Source: Clostridiales bacterium
GTDB lineage: Bacteria; Bacillota; Clostridia; Lachnospirales; Lachnospiraceae
Direction of reading: 5' to 3'
Length of the DNA stretch: 64,000 nucleotides
Assembly: GCA_029007785.1 (NCBI GenBank)
Contig: JAQXIM010000137.1
Span: forward strand, 4,429 to 68,428
The position numbers were made by a program, and so were the translations under genes. The notes below the pieces were generated by a model. It was not told the origin of the DNA and searched no databases. It saw only the letters and a program-made list of their open reading frames with translations. Below, piece by piece: positions 43,848 through 54,347 of the stretch. How positions within the stretch are numbered: the first letter of the stretch is position 1; each line of letters begins with the position of its first letter.

Positions 43848-44780
43848 TTGCAGGACAATGGGAAGATGAAGAATATGAAAATATTGAATCACGAAAAAAA
43901 GGATCAGATAGGCAGGAATGATAAAGAGAGTTTTCTGTGTTTTCGGGAAATACGAGCACGCCTGGCAGCGAGCCGGCCGAAAGTTCATTGTCTTACCAAT
44001 CCGGTGACGATGAAAGATGTGGCAAATCTTCTTTTAACAGCCGGCGGGAGTGCCATCATGGCTCAAAGTAAAAAGGAAGCAGCAGAAATCACCTCATTTT
44101 GTCAGGCTACTTTACTGAATACAGGGGTTCCGGATGATGAGAAATGGGAAGCCTGTCGGATTGCCGGGCAGACAGCGAATACCTTGGGACATCCGGTTGT
44201 TTTGGATCCGGTGGGAATCAGTGCCAGTCGATATCGGGCAGAGGAAATGGAAAAACTGCTTCGGTATGTGAAGGTTTCTGTGATACGCTGCAATCAGGGA
44301 GAGGCAGCTTTTCTCCTTCATAGGAAAATGGAAAGCCAGGGAGGTGTGGAAACTTCTCTGAAGGTGGGAGAAGCAGAGCAGACAGAATTAGCGGAAAGAC
44401 TGGCAAACGCATATGGCTGTGTATCTTTGATCAGCGGTCCTGTGGATGTGGTTTCCGATGGATCTCGGAGTATTGTTATGAGAGGGGGAGATTCACGGGC
44501 AGTCCGGGTGACAGGAAGCGGTTGTATGCTCTCTGCCTTATGTGCACTGTTGACGGGAGCCGGTATATCATCCTTTGAAGCGGCTGTAGCAGCGTCAGCA
44601 ATATGGAAAGAAAGCTGCTGCAAGGCCGGAGTCCGGACGGATCAGATCAATGGAGGCATGGGCAGTTTCCATACGTATTTGTTTGATGCACTGGATCAAA
44701 TTTGTCAGGGAAAAGATGACGGGAATCAACAGGACACAAAAATGGAGTTGGTATCCGGTCAAAAACAGCAGAAAATTTAG
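43848..44780 (+). CDS. thiM: Hydroxyethylthiazole kinase
   Basis: VHCLTNPVTMKDVANLLLTAGGSAIMA, VVLDPVG, RCNQGE, and VTGSGCMLSAL. The start is uncertain (ATGs at 43848, 43866 and 43875). Confidence 0.85.
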   Translation: MQDNGKMKNMKILNHEKKDQIGRNDKESFLCFREIRARLAASRPKVHCLTNPVTMKDVANLLLTAGGSAIMAQSKKEAAEITSFCQATLLNTGVPDDEKWEACRIAGQTANTLGHPVVLDPVGISASRYRAEEMEKLLRYVKVSVIRCNQGEAAFLLHRKMESQGGVETSLKVGEAEQTELAERLANAYGCVSLISGPVDVVSDGSRSIVMRGGDSRAVRVTGSGCMLSALCALLTGAGISSFEAAVAASAIWKESCCKAGVRTDQINGGMGSFHTYLFDALDQICQGKDDGNQQDTKMELVSGQKQQKI

Positions 44781-44796
44781 AGAATATAGAGGGGAT

Positions 44797-46164
44797 ATGA
44801 CGATGAGAGGGGAAAAAACTGCCCGAATTGATATGCTTCAGGGCTCTTTGATGGATAAAATCATGCTTTTCGCACTGCCGCTGGCAGCCAGCAGTATTCT
44901 GCAGCAGCTGTTCAACTCTGCTGATGTAGCTGTGGTGGGACGGTTTGCCGGAAACCAGGCCCTGGCAGCAGTGGGAGGCAACAGTCCGGTTATTAATCTT
45001 TTACTGAATCTTTTTGTGGGACTTTCCGTGGGAGCCAATGTCGTGATTGCCAACTATGTTGGTCAGGGAAAAAGAGAAAAAGCCCAGGAGGCCGTTCATA
45101 CCGTTTTTCTTATGGCATTGATCAGCGGCTTTCTTTTGATTTTTCTCGGCTTTTTTGCATCCAGACCGATTCTGACGCTGATTAATACGCCGGCAGATGT
45201 TCTGGAACTGGCAACGATTTATTTGAAAATCTATTTTGCCGGAATGCCTTTTATTATGGTTTACAATTTTGGTGCGGCAATTCTTCGAAGCATAGGAGAT
45301 ACGAAGAAACCTCTTTTGTGCCTGATTGTGTCCGGTACCATCAATGTCTGTCTGAATCTGGTGTTTGTCATTGTTTTTGAGCTCAGTGTGGTAGGTGTTG
45401 GTCTGGCCACGGTGATTTCCAATGGGATCAGCGCAGTGATGGTGGTTCGCTTCTTATTAGAAGCAGACGAATGGATTCGGTTGGATTTGAGAAAACTTCG
45501 TTTTTATAAAGAACAGGTAATTCGTATTGTCCAGGTCGGCATACCGGCAGGAATTCAGGGAATGGTATTTTCGATTTCCAACGTATGTATACAATCGGGA
45601 ATTAATGGATTTGGAACAGATGCGGTGGCTGGTTCGGCAGCGGCTTTGAATTTTGAATTTTTTACTTATTTTGTAACCAGTGCTTTCAGTCAGGCAGCGG
45701 TTACATTTACCAGTCAGAATTATGGTGCGGGAAATCTGGAACGGTGCAGAAAAGTATTCTTTCGTTGTCTGGCGGCAGGAACAGGAATTACCGGGCTCAT
45801 GGGTCTTGTATTTATCTTATTCCGCCGTCCTCTGGTGGGAATCTATACGACAGATTCCATGGCAGTTCAATTTGCCCTGATGCGAATGATGCATGTGCAG
45901 ATTGTAGAATTTATGCCGTGTATTTACGAAGTAACCGGCGGCGTTCTTCGGGGGCTGGGTCATTCCATGCTTCCTGCGGTGCTTATGATGTTTGGAACCT
46001 GTGTGGTCAGGGTGGTTTGGGTATATACGGTTTTTCAGTGGAATCCTCAGTTCGAGGTTCTGATGAGTGTATATCCGGTAACCTGGCTCATTACCATTGT
46101 TCTTTTGCTGATGGCATATTTTTATGTGGCAGGGTCCCTGAAGAAAAAGCAGATTCTTTGTTAA
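44797..46164 (+). CDS. MATE-family efflux transporter
   Basis: 12-TM pattern. LFALPLAASSILQQLFNSADVAVVGRF is typical of MatE. The ORF opens at 44650, but the ATG at 44797 follows the thiM stop. Confidence 0.85.
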   Translation: MTMRGEKTARIDMLQGSLMDKIMLFALPLAASSILQQLFNSADVAVVGRFAGNQALAAVGGNSPVINLLLNLFVGLSVGANVVIANYVGQGKREKAQEAVHTVFLMALISGFLLIFLGFFASRPILTLINTPADVLELATIYLKIYFAGMPFIMVYNFGAAILRSIGDTKKPLLCLIVSGTINVCLNLVFVIVFELSVVGVGLATVISNGISAVMVVRFLLEADEWIRLDLRKLRFYKEQVIRIVQVGIPAGIQGMVFSISNVCIQSGINGFGTDAVAGSAAALNFEFFTYFVTSAFSQAAVTFTSQNYGAGNLERCRKVFFRCLAAGTGITGLMGLVFILFRRPLVGIYTTDSMAVQFALMRMMHVQIVEFMPCIYEVTGGVLRGLGHSMLPAVLMMFGTCVVRVVWVYTVFQWNPQFEVLMSVYPVTWLITIVLLLMAYFYVAGSLKKKQILC

Positions 46165-46712
46165 TTTTTGTTATAAACCCAATAGCTGACACTGGGAACA
46201 TCTCCTTCATTGTATATGAAATGGGAGGTGTTCTTTTTTATGTAAAGAGAATCTCCTTCATTTAATAGAATGGTTTCGTCTTTCAGCCGAACCGACATCT
46301 GGCCGGACAACACCGTACAATTCTCGTCATAAAGATGACGGGAGAATTGGGGGTCACGGACTTTTCCGGGCTGGATGGTGATGATCTGGCAAAGAGGACT
46401 GTTCATTCCAAAATCATAGTAGGTAACGCTTTGATTAAATTCCGGATACTTTTTGACCAAGGCTTCATTCTGGCGAATCAGCAGAGTCTCCACCTGTTCC
46501 TCGGAAATCATTTCGTAAATGGAAGTTCCCAGGGAAGAACAGATTTGCTGCAGTTGATCAAGGGTAGGACTGGTCAGACTTCTCTCCAGATTGCTGAGAT
46601 AGGCAATGGAAAGACCGCTGTATTCTGCCAGCATACTCAGCGTGATCTGTTTTTCTTTCCGAAGCCCTTTGATGCGGGCTCCGATATTGGAAACATTTTC
46701 TTTTTTGGTCAT
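46161..46712 (-). CDS. XRE-family HTH regulator with a C-terminal cupin domain
   Basis: HTH ITLSMLAEYSGLSIAYLSNLERS and a cupin-like C-terminus. AGGAGG SD lies 6 nt before ATG 46712. The 3' end overlaps the MATE stop by 4 nt. Confidence 0.85.
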   Translation of the reverse strand: MTKKENVSNIGARIKGLRKEKQITLSMLAEYSGLSIAYLSNLERSLTSPTLDQLQQICSSLGTSIYEMISEEQVETLLIRQNEALVKKYPEFNQSVTYYDFGMNSPLCQIITIQPGKVRDPQFSRHLYDENCTVLSGQMSVRLKDETILLNEGDSLYIKKNTSHFIYNEGDVPSVSYWVYNKN

Positions 46713-47052
46713 GAGTATCCTCCTCTCTGATTCAATCCTTTTTATCACCATGAGGATTTATGTCCGTTCATTTGTCCCTTGGTTCGTATTAAGAGTTACC
46801 AGACAAATGAACCTGAAGTCGATTCTTCGTGCTTTGTACTCTCAAAATCGACTCAAACATTCGAAGCATTTGGGTTCGATTCCTGATTATCATAGATGAA
46901 AAAAGGGGAAAAATCAAGCCGCGGTTTTTATAAACAAACAAAAAGAAATACAATTACTGGAAAAAGATTATGGAAGTCTAAAGCTTGAGGAGGAGAGAAG
47001 AAGAGAGAGTGAAAGTAAAGGGAGAATGAGATGAAAAAACAGAAAATAACCA

Positions 47053-47081
47053 TTGACGGAAGAGGTTGATAGTGGTATCAT
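47053..47081 (+). promoter_or_regulatory. Candidate promoter for the M24 peptidase gene
   Basis: TTGACG (47053-47058), a 17-nt spacer, then TATCAT (47076-47081). Confidence 0.4.
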
Positions 47082-47170
47082 TCAGATAGAATTTTATATT
47101 GGTAAAAAATATTTCAATATTGTAAAAAATTAGGCAAATTTTAAAGAGAAAATCTTGCGAGGTTTTAGAA

Positions 47171-48232
47171 ATGGAACGTTTGTATACTTATATGGAAAAG
47201 GAACAGATTCAGGGGATGTTTATCAGCCGTCCTGTGAATGTAAAGTACATCAGCCATTTTAGTAACAGTGATGCTTTTCTTTTTCTGACTCGGGAAGAAA
47301 AGTATTTGCTTACGGATCCCAGATATACGGAGGAGGCTCTGGCCGAGTGCCCCGATTATCAGATTCTGAACTGGAGACAGTACGGCTCCATTGCCAATGC
47401 TTTGGCTGAACTCGTAAAAAAGCATCCGTTAAAGGCTTTGGGTTATGAAGATACCTTTATGTCGGTAAGACAGTTCCATGAACTGAAAGAAGCAATTCCT
47501 CAGGTGGAATTGGTTCCGGCTGACGGGCTTGTGGAACAGTTCCGGGCTGTAAAAAGACCGGAAGAAATCGAATGCCTTCGAATTTCCTGCGATATTGCCT
47601 CCAGAGCTTATGAGAAGATACAGAAGGATATCCGGGTGGGTGTTACAGAGAAGGAATTGGCTGCCAGACTCAGCTATTATATGGTTATGGAAGGTGCTGA
47701 CACCCAGCCCTATGGAAATATTCTGATTTCCGGTGCCAGAACATCTCTGCTTCATGGCATTCCGTCTGCCAAGGCCATTGAATACGGTGATCTGGTTCTG
47801 ATGGATTATGGCTGTCAGTATCATGGATATCTGTCAGATATGACGAGAACTCTTGTCGTTGGAAAAGCAACTCCAAAGCAGAAAGAAGTATATCGTTTGG
47901 AACAGCAGATGGTAGCCGACGTCATGGATTATCTGAAAGACGGTGCCTCGCCAAAGGAAGCCTACCATCGTTCCACCAAAGCGATTGAAGGAACGGAGTA
48001 TTTTCCTTATCATTATTCCGGTATTGGTCACGGCGTGGGAATGTTTGTTCATGAAATTCCTTTCATGGGTCCTGCGTCTGAAGATAAGATCCAGGCAGGC
48101 AATGTAATGACCGTAGAGCCTGGAATCTATATTCCGGGATGGGGCGGAATCCGCATTGAGAATCAGCTGTTGATTACGAAGGATGGAAATGAGAATCTGA
48201 TTGGAGCAACAATGGATCTGATTGAGCTCTAA
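47171..48232 (+). CDS. M24-family Xaa-Pro aminopeptidase/dipeptidase
   Basis: Creatinase-like N-domain. Metal ligand motifs DYGCQYHGY.SDMTR, GIGHGVGMFVHE, and TVEPG. Confidence 0.9.
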   Translation: MERLYTYMEKEQIQGMFISRPVNVKYISHFSNSDAFLFLTREEKYLLTDPRYTEEALAECPDYQILNWRQYGSIANALAELVKKHPLKALGYEDTFMSVRQFHELKEAIPQVELVPADGLVEQFRAVKRPEEIECLRISCDIASRAYEKIQKDIRVGVTEKELAARLSYYMVMEGADTQPYGNILISGARTSLLHGIPSAKAIEYGDLVLMDYGCQYHGYLSDMTRTLVVGKATPKQKEVYRLEQQMVADVMDYLKDGASPKEAYHRSTKAIEGTEYFPYHYSGIGHGVGMFVHEIPFMGPASEDKIQAGNVMTVEPGIYIPGWGGIRIENQLLITKDGNENLIGATMDLIEL

Positions 48233-48373
48233 AAACAATACAGAATCTCTCCGATATCTGAAAAGATAGATGGGACAAACACCTTATAAAGAAAAGAATG
48301 ATTATGGTTGCGGAGGCAGGAGTGCTGAGCAATTCAGATATCATAAAGTCAATCAAAAAAAGGAGGACACAGT

Positions 48374-50059
48374 ATGAAGAAAAAACACTTGTTAGTATGG
48401 GTTATGGCTTTGGCTATGGCAGCAGGCACGATTGGCTGCTCCACGCCTTCCACATCTGTTCAGGACCAGACAAAGGCACCGGAAGCACAGAACGAACAGA
48501 ACGATGCACAGGGCGAAGGCCAGGAAGCTGACGCTGCCGGTGAGAAGATCTTCCGTTATTCCAACACGGTAGATATTGCTACCATTGATCCGAATAAGTC
48601 TAATGCAGTAGCAGACAGCACGGTTTCTTATCATCTGTACGATGGTCTGTACCGTAACGTTCAGGGTGATCTGCAGCCGGCAACAGCAACCAGCTATGAT
48701 GTAACGGATGATGGTCTGGTTTACACCTTCCATTTGAGAGAAGATGCGAAATGGAGTGATGGTGAGCCGGTTACCGCCAAGGATTTTGAGTACGGAATGA
48801 AACGTCTCTGTGATCCCGCTGCAGCATGTCCGATGAGTTATCTTGGCGCTGTTCTGAAGAATGGTAACGCTGTTACTGCAGGTGAGAAGAGTGTTGATGA
48901 ATTGGGCGTAAAGGTTATTGATGATTACACTCTGGAGATTACTCTGGAAAATCCTGCGGATTACTTTGTAAGTATGACCAGTATGGCTTGCTTCGCACCG
49001 GTCCGTGAAGATAAGGTAGAAGAGTATGGTGAACAGTATGGTTCCGCAGCAGATAAAGCTGTTTATAATGGACCTTTTGTATGTTCCGAGTATGGCAACG
49101 GCAAACTGGTTATGGAGAAAAATGAAAACTACTATGCAGTAGATCAGATCACTCTGGATGGTGTAGAACTTCTTACCATCGCTGATAACAACACTGCTGT
49201 TTCCATGTTCGATGCAGGGGAGCTGGATCTGGTAGAAGTTCCTTCCGAACTGGCTGCTCAGTATGAAGGTAAGACTCTCAGCTACTACAGCGGTGCTGAT
49301 GATTATGCTGCACTGAACCATAACAACGAATATCTGGCCAACAAGAACTTCCGTCTGGCTCTGAACTATGCTCTGAATCGTGAAGAATACAATCTGCTGG
49401 CTCACAATGGTCTGTATGAAGCGAACCAGCGCTACGTTCTTCCTCAGGTACGCGGTGTTGAGCAGGATTACGGAACCGAGTATCCGCTGGAAGCTTTCCC
49501 GCTGCAGAACGATATGGACAAAGCCAATGAATATATGACGGCAGCTATGCAGGAGTTGGGTGTATCCGATCCTTCCGAGATTTCTCTGAAACTGGTTGTT
49601 TCCGATACGGATACTGCAAAGAAAGAGGCTGAGATTGTTGCAAACCAGTGGACCACCAACCTGGGTATCAAGATTGATATCAACATGGTTCCCGGTGCGA
49701 CAAGAAATGCTATGCTGATTCCCAATAACGATGAATTTGACATTATCATGACCGGTTGGGCACCGGATTACTCCGATCCTTACAGCTATCTGGAACTGTG
49801 GCACAGCGAATCTCAGTATAATTATCTGAACTACCATAGTGATGCTTACGATGGATACCTGGATGCTTCCAAGACTACCAGAGGCGAAGAGCGTATGGAA
49901 AATCTGTACAATGCAGAGAAGACTTTGCTGGAAGACGGTGCTCTCGTTCCCCTGCAGCTGCGTGAAGTACAGTATATGGTAAGCGATCGTGTTCAGAACC
50001 TGGGAGCATACTTCATTGGTCTGAACTACGATTACATGTATGCAGATATTACAGAATAA
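48374..50059 (+). CDS. Peptide ABC transporter substrate-binding lipoprotein (family 5, Opp/Dpp-type)
   Basis: Lipobox AAGTIGCS. 561 aa with the SBP_bac_5-like pattern (FRYS....ATIDPNK, W.DG.PVTA.DF). Confidence 0.85.
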   Translation: MKKKHLLVWVMALAMAAGTIGCSTPSTSVQDQTKAPEAQNEQNDAQGEGQEADAAGEKIFRYSNTVDIATIDPNKSNAVADSTVSYHLYDGLYRNVQGDLQPATATSYDVTDDGLVYTFHLREDAKWSDGEPVTAKDFEYGMKRLCDPAAACPMSYLGAVLKNGNAVTAGEKSVDELGVKVIDDYTLEITLENPADYFVSMTSMACFAPVREDKVEEYGEQYGSAADKAVYNGPFVCSEYGNGKLVMEKNENYYAVDQITLDGVELLTIADNNTAVSMFDAGELDLVEVPSELAAQYEGKTLSYYSGADDYAALNHNNEYLANKNFRLALNYALNREEYNLLAHNGLYEANQRYVLPQVRGVEQDYGTEYPLEAFPLQNDMDKANEYMTAAMQELGVSDPSEISLKLVVSDTDTAKKEAEIVANQWTTNLGIKIDINMVPGATRNAMLIPNNDEFDIIMTGWAPDYSDPYSYLELWHSESQYNYLNYHSDAYDGYLDASKTTRGEERMENLYNAEKTLLEDGALVPLQLREVQYMVSDRVQNLGAYFIGLNYDYMYADITE

Positions 50060-50360
50060 AGCAAACAGGCTTTTTTGTATATCGGTTGGAGACAGAAAGA
50101 CGAAACCGTAGGAATCTCAGGAGATTTTCAACATAGTGTTTTCGCCTTTTAACAGATGGATTCAGTATTGACGGGTACCGCCTCTTTTCCGAGGAAGGGA
50201 GGCGGTACTTATTTGAATTTCGAGAATAGACGAATCTGGGGATTCCGGAATACGAAAGATATATCATCTTTTGTTTCCAATCGGGATATCGATGGTCATG
50301 CTGAGAAGGGTTGGCTTCGTCCGGACATTGGACATGGCCAAAATGAGGAGAGAGTTTTAT

Positions 50361-51281
50361 ATGAAGAAATACATCTTAAAACGAATCGGTATTTCTTTGG
50401 TTACCGTGTTCGTTCTGGTTACTGTTGTATTCTTCCTGGCAAGACTGATGCCGGGAGGTCCCTTCAATGATCCGAAGATGTCTGCCACTGCGAAAGAAAA
50501 CCTGAGTGCTTACTATGGTTTCGATAAGCCGGTTTTCGAGCAGTATCTTACGTATCTGAATAATTTGGTTCACGGAAACTTTGGATATTCCACGAAATAT
50601 CCCGGACGTACCGTTAACAGTCTGCTTGCCGGATCTTTTCCTTTTTCTGCAGACTTAGGTATTCGTGCTCTGTGCTTTGCTGTATCTTTTGGTTTGGTAT
50701 TTGGTATTATATCAGCACTGAACCGAGGGACAAAGATAGACTTGTTCTTTGTTATTGTGGCGGTTATCGGTACCAGTGTACCGGACTTTATCATGGGAGC
50801 TTTGCTTCAGCATTTCTTTGCGGTAAAATGGGGACTATTTCCAATAGCAGAGTATAAGGGATTTGCTTATACCATTCTGCCATCCATCGGTCTTGGATTC
50901 TACACCATGGCCTCGGTATCGCGAATCATGCGAGCCAGTATGTTGGAGGTTGTACAGCAGGATTATATAAAGACAGCCCGTTCCAAAGGAATTTCAAAGT
51001 TCCGCATTACCTGGAAGCATCAGTTCCGAAATGCAATTATGCCTGTGGTAACCATGATGGGTCCCACCGTAGCTGCTGTTTTGACTGGTACCTTCGTTAT
51101 CGAGTCCATTTTTGCCATCCCTGGTATGGGAAAATATTACGTAGAGAGTGTACAGAATAATGATTATTCTTTGATTCTTGGAATGACAGTTTTCTATGGC
51201 ACTTTCCTGGTACTTTGTAATATGGTTGTTGACATTCTCTATGGTATTATTGACCCGAGAATTCGAGTGGCGGAAAAGTAG
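50361..51281 (+). CDS. Peptide ABC transporter permease (OppB/DppB-type)
   Basis: MKKYILKRIG...VTVVFFL start and the EAA-like motif YIKTARSKGISKFRI..KH.FRNA. Confidence 0.9.
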   Translation: MKKYILKRIGISLVTVFVLVTVVFFLARLMPGGPFNDPKMSATAKENLSAYYGFDKPVFEQYLTYLNNLVHGNFGYSTKYPGRTVNSLLAGSFPFSADLGIRALCFAVSFGLVFGIISALNRGTKIDLFFVIVAVIGTSVPDFIMGALLQHFFAVKWGLFPIAEYKGFAYTILPSIGLGFYTMASVSRIMRASMLEVVQQDYIKTARSKGISKFRITWKHQFRNAIMPVVTMMGPTVAAVLTGTFVIESIFAIPGMGKYYVESVQNNDYSLILGMTVFYGTFLVLCNMVVDILYGIIDPRIRVAEK

Positions 51282-51289
51282 GTGACAGG

Positions 51290-52279
51290 ATGGAAAAGAA
51301 AAACAAGAAAAATACACAGGACAAGCAATCGGAAACTCTCCGGAACCAGGCAGAAAAGAGAAAACTGACTCCGGAAGATTTCCAATTTGTGGGAAAAAAT
51401 ATTGAGAAAATGGAATCCATTTCCCGTCCGAGCCTGACATTCTGGCAAGAGGCTTGGCGCAGAATCCGTGGAAATAGGGTGGCCTTTTTCAGTCTGATTC
51501 TTTTGATTACATATGGGGTTTTGGCAATTATTGCTCCTATGCTGAGTCAGTATGGTTTTGATCAGCAGGATGCCTACAATATGAGCCAGGGCTTTTCTGC
51601 CGCTCACTGGCTGGGAACCGACTCCCTTGGCCGTGATTTGTGGGTTCGTGTATGGATGGGAGCAAGAGTATCTCTTAGTATCGGTATCCTGGCAGCTGGT
51701 TTGAATACTGTTATCGGTACCGTTCTGGGCGGATTTTGCGGATATTACGGCGGCAAGCTGGATATGATTGTGATGCGTATTATCGATATCATATATGGTA
51801 TCCCCCAGCTGATTGTCTGTATTCTGGTTATGATGGTTCTTGGTTCCGGCGTTAAGAGTCTGGTTATTGCCATGATCATCGTAGGATGGACGGGAACCTG
51901 CCGATTTACCCGAGGCGAAGTATACCGCCTGAAGGAACAGGAATTTGTTCTGGCGGCTCGGGTAATGGGTGAGTCTACTTTTATGATTATTGTGAGAGAA
52001 ATTATTCCCAATATCATGGGACTTCTGATTACGAATCTGGCTATGGCAATACCCAGTGCGATTTTCCAGGAGGCGTTTTTGAGTTATATTGGTCTTGGTA
52101 TTTCTCCGCCTCAGGCAAGCTGGGGAGTATTGGCAAAAGAGGGCACGAAGATGATGACGGCAGCCCCTCATTTACTGTATGTTCCGGCATTCTTTATTTG
52201 CAGTACCGTTTTGGCATTGAACCAGCTGGGCAATGGTCTTCGCGATGCATTTGATCCCAGACTGCGCGGAGCGGATTAA
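51290..52279 (+). CDS. Peptide ABC transporter permease (OppC/DppC-type)
   Basis: HWLGTDSLGRD motif, EFVLAARVMGES, and a multi-TM pattern. Confidence 0.9.
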   Translation: MEKKNKKNTQDKQSETLRNQAEKRKLTPEDFQFVGKNIEKMESISRPSLTFWQEAWRRIRGNRVAFFSLILLITYGVLAIIAPMLSQYGFDQQDAYNMSQGFSAAHWLGTDSLGRDLWVRVWMGARVSLSIGILAAGLNTVIGTVLGGFCGYYGGKLDMIVMRIIDIIYGIPQLIVCILVMMVLGSGVKSLVIAMIIVGWTGTCRFTRGEVYRLKEQEFVLAARVMGESTFMIIVREIIPNIMGLLITNLAMAIPSAIFQEAFLSYIGLGISPPQASWGVLAKEGTKMMTAAPHLLYVPAFFICSTVLALNQLGNGLRDAFDPRLRGAD

Positions 52280-52291
52280 GGAGGAATATTT

Positions 52292-53314
52292 ATGGCAGAA
52301 AATATTTTAGAGATCAAAAACCTGCAGTTCTCCTTCCACACCTATGGTGGTGTGGTAAAATCCGTGCGGGATGTCAGTTTCAATGTTCGGGAAGGAGAGA
52401 TTCTTGGTATTGTAGGAGAGAGCGGCTGCGGCAAGAGTGTAACTTCTCAGTGCATTCTTCGCCTGAATCCGGAACCTCCGGGATTCTTTGAAAGTGGATC
52501 CATCAAGTACCGGGGAGAAGAGATTACAACAAAGACAGACAAAGAAATGAGAAAAATCCGAGGCGTGGAAATCGGTTTTATTTTTCAGGATCCTATGACG
52601 AGTTTGAACCCTACGGCCACCATCGGAAAACAGATTGAAGAAGTTTTCGTGGGACGTAAGGATATTTCCAAAAAAGAACGGAAAGAACGTGCTCTTGAGA
52701 TTCTTCGTCTGGTAGGTATCAATGAACCGGAACGGCGTTACCGTCAGTATCCCCACGAGCTTTCCGGAGGTATGAAGCAGCGCGTCATGATTGCCATTGC
52801 TTTGGTAGGAAAGCCCAGTATTATTATCGCAGATGAACCTACGACTTCCCTGGATGTTACCATCGAAGCACAGATTCTTGATCTGCTGAAGGATCTGAAG
52901 GAGAAACTGAATACTTCCATTATTCTGATTACCCATGATCTGGGTGTTATCGCGAAGATGTGCGACCGTGTTCTGGTTATGTACGGCGGCAAGATTGTGG
53001 AGAGAGGCAGTGTAGATGAGATTTTCTATGAGACCTCTCATCCCTATACAGCCGGCTTGATTCAGTCCATTGCCACTCTGAATACGGATAAGAATCAGAA
53101 ACTGATTCCCATTGATGGTACACCGCCTGATTTGTTTGCACCGCCTAAGGGATGTCCTTTTTCCGCACGCTGTGAATTTGCCATGAAGATCTGCAGCGAA
53201 GCATTGCCGGAAGAGTATGTATTATCTCCCGAGCATACCTGCAGCTGCTGGCTGCGTCATCCCGATGCACCGAAGGTAAATATTATGAAACGAGATACGA
53301 AGGAGGGATCCTGA
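52292..53314 (+). CDS. Peptide ABC transporter ATP-binding protein (OppD-type)
   Basis: GESGCGKSV, LSGGMKQRV, IIADEPTTSLD, and the C-terminal oligo_HPY region HPYT. Confidence 0.9.
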   Translation: MAENILEIKNLQFSFHTYGGVVKSVRDVSFNVREGEILGIVGESGCGKSVTSQCILRLNPEPPGFFESGSIKYRGEEITTKTDKEMRKIRGVEIGFIFQDPMTSLNPTATIGKQIEEVFVGRKDISKKERKERALEILRLVGINEPERRYRQYPHELSGGMKQRVMIAIALVGKPSIIIADEPTTSLDVTIEAQILDLLKDLKEKLNTSIILITHDLGVIAKMCDRVLVMYGGKIVERGSVDEIFYETSHPYTAGLIQSIATLNTDKNQKLIPIDGTPPDLFAPPKGCPFSARCEFAMKICSEALPEEYVLSPEHTCSCWLRHPDAPKVNIMKRDTKEGS

Positions 53315-54288
53315 TGGGAAAGAATATCGATCGTTCACAACCGCTCTTTCAGGTAGAGGATCTTTGTCAGTATTTCCATGTTGCAAAAGGGAAGGAACTG
53401 AAGGCAGTAGATCATGTTAATTTCTCTATTTACAAAGGAGAAACTCTCGGTTTGGTAGGAGAGAGCGGCTGCGGTAAATCTACTACAGGCCGTTGTCTGG
53501 TAAAACTGTATAAGCCGACGGCAGGAAAAATCACCTATAAGGGAAAAGATATTTTTTCCTATAATAAACAGGAAGAAAAGGAATTCCGAAAAAATGTACA
53601 GATGATTTTCCAGAATCCCCATTCCTCTCTGAATCCCAGAAGTACGGTTAAGGATATTGTTGGTTATGGTATGAAACTCCATGGTCTGGCCACCGATGCG
53701 GATATGGATCAGAAGGTAGAAGAGATTCTGAAGCGGGTAGGCTTGAATCGTGATCATATGTCACGTTTTCCCCATGAGTTTTCCGGCGGACAGAAGCAGA
53801 GAATCGGTATTGCCAGAGCTCTGGCAGTGGAACCGGAATTTGTAATCTGTGATGAACCGATTTCCGCTCTGGATGTTTCCATTCAGGCACAGGTTCTGAA
53901 CATGCTGAAAGAACTTCAGGAAGAAATGGGATTGACCTACCTTTTTATTGCCCATGATCTGAGTGTTGTTAAATACATTTCGGACCGCGTTATTGTTATG
54001 TATCTGGGTACTATGGTCGAATTTGCGGATGCAGAGGAACTGTATGAAAATCCGCTTCATCCTTACACACAGGTATTGCTTTCTTCCATTCCGGTGGCGG
54101 ATCCCAAGCTGGTACGCGAGAAGAAGCGTATTATGGTAAAGGGAGAAATTCCCAGCCCCATTAATCCTCCGGACTGCTGTCGTTTTGTTGAGCGGTGTCC
54201 TTATGCCACCGATGAATGCCGCAGCAAGCTTCCGGAACTGAAGGAAGTCCAGAAGGGTCATTACGTAGCTTGTCATCGGATTAAGTAA
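53314..54288 (+). CDS. Peptide ABC transporter ATP-binding protein (OppF-type)
   Basis: GESGCGKST, FSGGQKQRI, VICDEPISALD, and HPYT. The start overlaps the previous stop. Confidence 0.9.
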   Translation: MGKNIDRSQPLFQVEDLCQYFHVAKGKELKAVDHVNFSIYKGETLGLVGESGCGKSTTGRCLVKLYKPTAGKITYKGKDIFSYNKQEEKEFRKNVQMIFQNPHSSLNPRSTVKDIVGYGMKLHGLATDADMDQKVEEILKRVGLNRDHMSRFPHEFSGGQKQRIGIARALAVEPEFVICDEPISALDVSIQAQVLNMLKELQEEMGLTYLFIAHDLSVVKYISDRVIVMYLGTMVEFADAEELYENPLHPYTQVLLSSIPVADPKLVREKKRIMVKGEIPSPINPPDCCRFVERCPYATDECRSKLPELKEVQKGHYVACHRIK

Positions 54289-54347
54289 ACGTTTGTATCA
54301 TGGGGGCAAATCCTTTTGACCCCAACATCATACATATAAATATAGTT

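Noticed and set aside
43615-43869. 84-aa AT-rich ORF upstream of thiM as a confident gene
   Set aside because: There is no clear SD and no recognisable family, and it overlaps the earliest thiM start. It is kept only as a remark in the findings.
46861-46893. tRNA gene suggested by GGTTCGATTCC
   Set aside because: The T-stem pairing is weak. There is no matching acceptor stem about 70 nt upstream and no anticodon arm. At most it is a tRNA 3' fragment.
48392-49837. 481-aa minus-strand ORF
   Set aside because: It is antisense to the peptide-binding lipoprotein gene and has no SD or motif. It is a shadow ORF produced by codon bias.
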